Of a stretch of 64,000 nt of DNA, positions 61,383 through 64,000 are shown piece after piece. The stretch spans positions 20,481 through 84,480 of the forward strand of contig LJUY01000009.1 of NCBI GenBank assembly GCA_001304015.1. The letters are read 5' to 3'. Source of the stretch: a candidate division Zixibacteria bacterium SM23_81 (GTDB lineage: Bacteria > SM23-81). Both the position numbers and the translations under genes were made by a program. The notes under the pieces are model-generated. The model did no database searches, was not told where the DNA came from, and saw nothing but the letters and a program-made list of their open reading frames with translations. Position 1 is the stretch's first letter. Each line of letters opens with the position of its first letter.

Positions 61383-62720
61383 TCACGTTCCCGCCACGGT
61401 CATCCGGGACACCCGAAAGCTAGGGCAACATATCCGTCCGTTAAACTCCAAATCGTCACCTACGGCATCAATAGAGCTCAGAATCTCCACAAGATTCCCC
61501 GCGATGGTCACTTGGGCTACTGGTTTGGTCAGCTCCCCATTTTCGATCCAGCGACCGAAAGCTCCCGCGGAATAACTACCGGTGGTGGTGTTCGCGCCAA
61601 ATCCTATGGTTTCGGCGACATACAGTCCCTTCTCCAATCCCCTGATCAGCTCATCGTGGGGCGTGGAGCCCTTGAACATATAGAAGTTTGTAGCCCCAAT
61701 ACCGGGAAGGTTACCGTAGGATCCCCGGATTCCATTGCCCGTGGAAACGGCGCCAGCCTTGCGGGCACCGTAAGTGTCATATAAGAAAGCTTTCAGTATG
61801 CCCTGGTCAACTACCATTTTGCGCCGCGTGGCGATGCCCTCGCCGTCGACGGGCGCTGAGCCCAGACCCTGCAACAGGGTGCCGTCATCCTCTATAGTAA
61901 CCAACTTGGAGGCAACGGATTTGCCCAGCATGTCGGCTAAAAAGGAGTTGCCCATATGAACCTCTTTGCCGTTGACGGCTCTGGCTAAGCCACCGATCAG
62001 TCCCCTGCCCGCGCGGCAATCGAAGACCACTGGAACCTCCTGGCTGGGAACAGGTTCCCCGCCTACTAAGGAAACAGCCAACCGACCTGCCCTTTGAGCC
62101 ATCTGCTGGGGCAACTTCAGGTTTCGATAGGCTCTGCGGTGACAATCGTCCGACCCGTCTTTTTTGTGCTCGCCTTTGGTGGCCACTACAGAGACACTGG
62201 TGGAAAATTTCGTCTCCTCATAGGAGTGCAACAGACCATTGTTGTTGGCGATGGTCACCGCACGATGGACGTCTGTGTAAGAAGCCCCATTTGACAAAGT
62301 GATGATGGGGCTATACTCCATGGCCAGTCTTTCGGTCTCCATGATCCTGGCTAATTTTTTGTCCAGCTCGATGGAGACGACGCTTTGGTCCACCACCGAC
62401 CGAGCCGTTACCTCCCCCTTGTTCTCGGGGAGCCCGTGAGCCGGGTCCGGACCAGCCATCTTGGCAAGTTCCACTGCTTTTTGGGCCATTGGCTTTAGGG
62501 CTTCCTGAGAGACATCGGCAGTGTCCACAAAGGCCATGCGCTGCCCGACATAAACTCGCAGGCCCATTCCTTGAAAGCTCTCCTTTTTCACATACTCTAT
62601 CTTTTGTTGGCGCACCTCGATCCTCAACCTGCTGCCGTTTTCCAGAAATACCTCGGCTTGGGTGGCTCCCTGTCCCGCCAGCATGTCCAGCATCTTGGCG
62701 GCTGTTTTCTCCAAGTTCAA
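61383..62720 (-). CDS. pmbA: TldE/PmbA family protein
   Basis: Family motifs (GMGLRV, DGEG, FLYD.Y.A, STGN), no HExxH; follows tldD. Confidence 0.88.
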   Translation of the reverse strand: MNLEKTAAKMLDMLAGQGATQAEVFLENGSRLRIEVRQQKIEYVKKESFQGMGLRVYVGQRMAFVDTADVSQEALKPMAQKAVELAKMAGPDPAHGLPENKGEVTARSVVDQSVVSIELDKKLARIMETERLAMEYSPIITLSNGASYTDVHRAVTIANNNGLLHSYEETKFSTSVSVVATKGEHKKDGSDDCHRRAYRNLKLPQQMAQRAGRLAVSLVGGEPVPSQEVPVVFDCRAGRGLIGGLARAVNGKEVHMGNSFLADMLGKSVASKLVTIEDDGTLLQGLGSAPVDGEGIATRRKMVVDQGILKAFLYDTYGARKAGAVSTGNGIRGSYGNLPGIGATNFYMFKGSTPHDELIRGLEKGLYVAETIGFGANTTTGSYSAGAFGRWIENGELTKPVAQVTIAGNLVEILSSIDAVGDDLEFNGRICCPSFRVSRMTVAGT

Positions 62721-62773
62721 AGCTCACCTCCGCGTAAACATCGCTTTTTCACCGATGTGATCATTCTCTCTTT

Positions 62774-64000
62774 TTACGCCCTCGTGCCACCCACGGTGAT
62801 CTTGCCGATACGTAAGGTGGGCTCACCGCTGGTGACGGGAACCCACTGCCCTTTGCCACAGGTACCTGGAGCAAAATCCAGGTCATCGGCCACCATATCG
62901 ATGGTCTGGAGGACCTCGGGACCGCTGCCGATGAGGGTAGCCCCTTTCACCGGTTTGGTGATCTCGCCATTCTCGATGAGATAGGCCTCGCGGACCGTAA
63001 AGGTGAAGCTCCCGGAAGTGGTGTCCACCACCCCACCGACGAATCCTTTAGCGTACAAACCTTTTCGGGTAGCAGCAAACACCTCCTCGGGTTTGGACTG
63101 GCCGTTTAGTAAGTAGGTGTTGGTCATCCGCACCAGAGGGTAATGCTTGAAAGATTGCCGCCGACCATTGCCCGTGGATTTGGCACCCAGCTGCTTGGCC
63201 GTGAGACTATCGTACATGTATCCTTTGAGAACTCCCTTTTCGATGAGCATTTTCTTCTGGGACGGCGTCCCCTCATCGTCCACGTTGAAGGATCCCCGAA
63301 GATTGGGCACGGTGGCATCGTCCACCAGAGTGACCAGCTCGGAGCCCACCCTCTGATGCACTTTGCCTGTATAAAACGAGGTTCCCCGTTGAATGCCGTC
63401 GGCCTCCAGCCCGTGGCCCACAGCTTCGTGGAATAACACCCCACCCCAGCCATTGGAGACCACCACCGGCATCTGACCGGCGGGCGCCTCCTGGGCCGAC
63501 AGCATGTTCACCGCCTCTTGGGCGGCGCCCCTGCTCGCCTTCTCGGCAGCATTCTCGTCGAATAGCTCGAAACCACTGTGTGCGCTGATTCGCCGGCGAC
63601 CACGATGCCTTCTTGAACCTTCGGTAGCCAGGGCGTTGACGATAAAATAGATCAGAGGCTGCGTATCTTCCACCCAGACACCTTGGGAATTTGCGATGGC
63701 GATGTCTTTGATTTCCTCAAGATAGGTGATGCTCACCTGGCTGATTCTGCCATCGAGGGATCGAGCTGCATCATTAGCTCTCTCCATCACCTCAAGCCTC
63801 TGGTTCTCGCCCACCGTTTCCAAAGGAATCCTGGCAGGTATCAGATCGGAAACCGTACCCCGAGAAACGGGAACTGGGGTCGTTTTACCACCAGAGCGAG
63901 CCACAAAAGCCGCTGTGCGGGCCGCCTCGCGCAGCTTCTCAGGAGCGAGATCCTCAGAATAGGCATATCCTGTGGCATCTCCAGCGATGACTCGCACTCC
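62774..64000 (-). CDS. tldD: TldD metalloprotease (5' end outside the window)
   Basis: LFHEAVGHGLEAD, DDEG, RMTNTY, GTCGK, PTLRI...TVGG. Confidence 0.92.
   Translation of the reverse strand, partial: GVRVIAGDATGYAYSEDLAPEKLREAARTAAFVARSGGKTTPVPVSRGTVSDLIPARIPLETVGENQRLEVMERANDAARSLDGRISQVSITYLEEIKDIAIANSQGVWVEDTQPLIYFIVNALATEGSRRHRGRRRISAHSGFELFDENAAEKASRGAAQEAVNMLSAQEAPAGQMPVVVSNGWGGVLFHEAVGHGLEADGIQRGTSFYTGKVHQRVGSELVTLVDDATVPNLRGSFNVDDEGTPSQKKMLIEKGVLKGYMYDSLTAKQLGAKSTGNGRRQSFKHYPLVRMTNTYLLNGQSKPEEVFAATRKGLYAKGFVGGVVDTTSGSFTFTVREAYLIENGEITKPVKGATLIGSGPEVLQTIDMVADDLDFAPGTCGKGQWVPVTSGEPTLRIGKITVGGTRA

Noticed and set aside
41799-64000. RiPP cluster (TldD/E + kinases + S9 peptidase + B12 radical SAM)
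   Set aside because: No precursor peptide, RRE, LanC, YcaO or exporter seen; the kinases are signalling-type and the peptidase appears exported

Overview
64-kb window from an anaerobic bacterium of the FCB-related candidate lineages (KSB1/Zixibacteria-like). This is inferred from a PorV/PorQ-type barrel and from secreted proteins ending in 'QNYPNPFN...KMVLLR' FlgD-Ig/T9SS-type tails. Genes run on + up to ~21.7 kb and on - afterwards. Contents in order: envelope genes; an operon of corrinoid protein, methyl-THF:corrinoid methyltransferase, catalytically degenerate class II aldolase, archaeal-type thymidylate synthase and GlcD-like flavoprotein; an ECF sigma/ZAS anti-sigma/VIT-VWA module with a duplicated promoter motif; a low-GC nucleotide-sugar island; a Thermococcales-type four-subunit proline dehydrogenase operon with ligA inserted in it; secreted peptidases; a RAYT transposase with REP hairpins; a tandem array of five mosaic Ser/Thr kinase-(TM)-TolB-like-TPR genes punctuated by a ~130-bp repeat; and tldD/tldE. 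Intergenic DNA holds several repeat families, including two compound microsatellite loci that are inverted homologs of each other. No rRNA, tRNA or CRISPR array was seen. All calls come from reading motifs by eye; no database searches were run.
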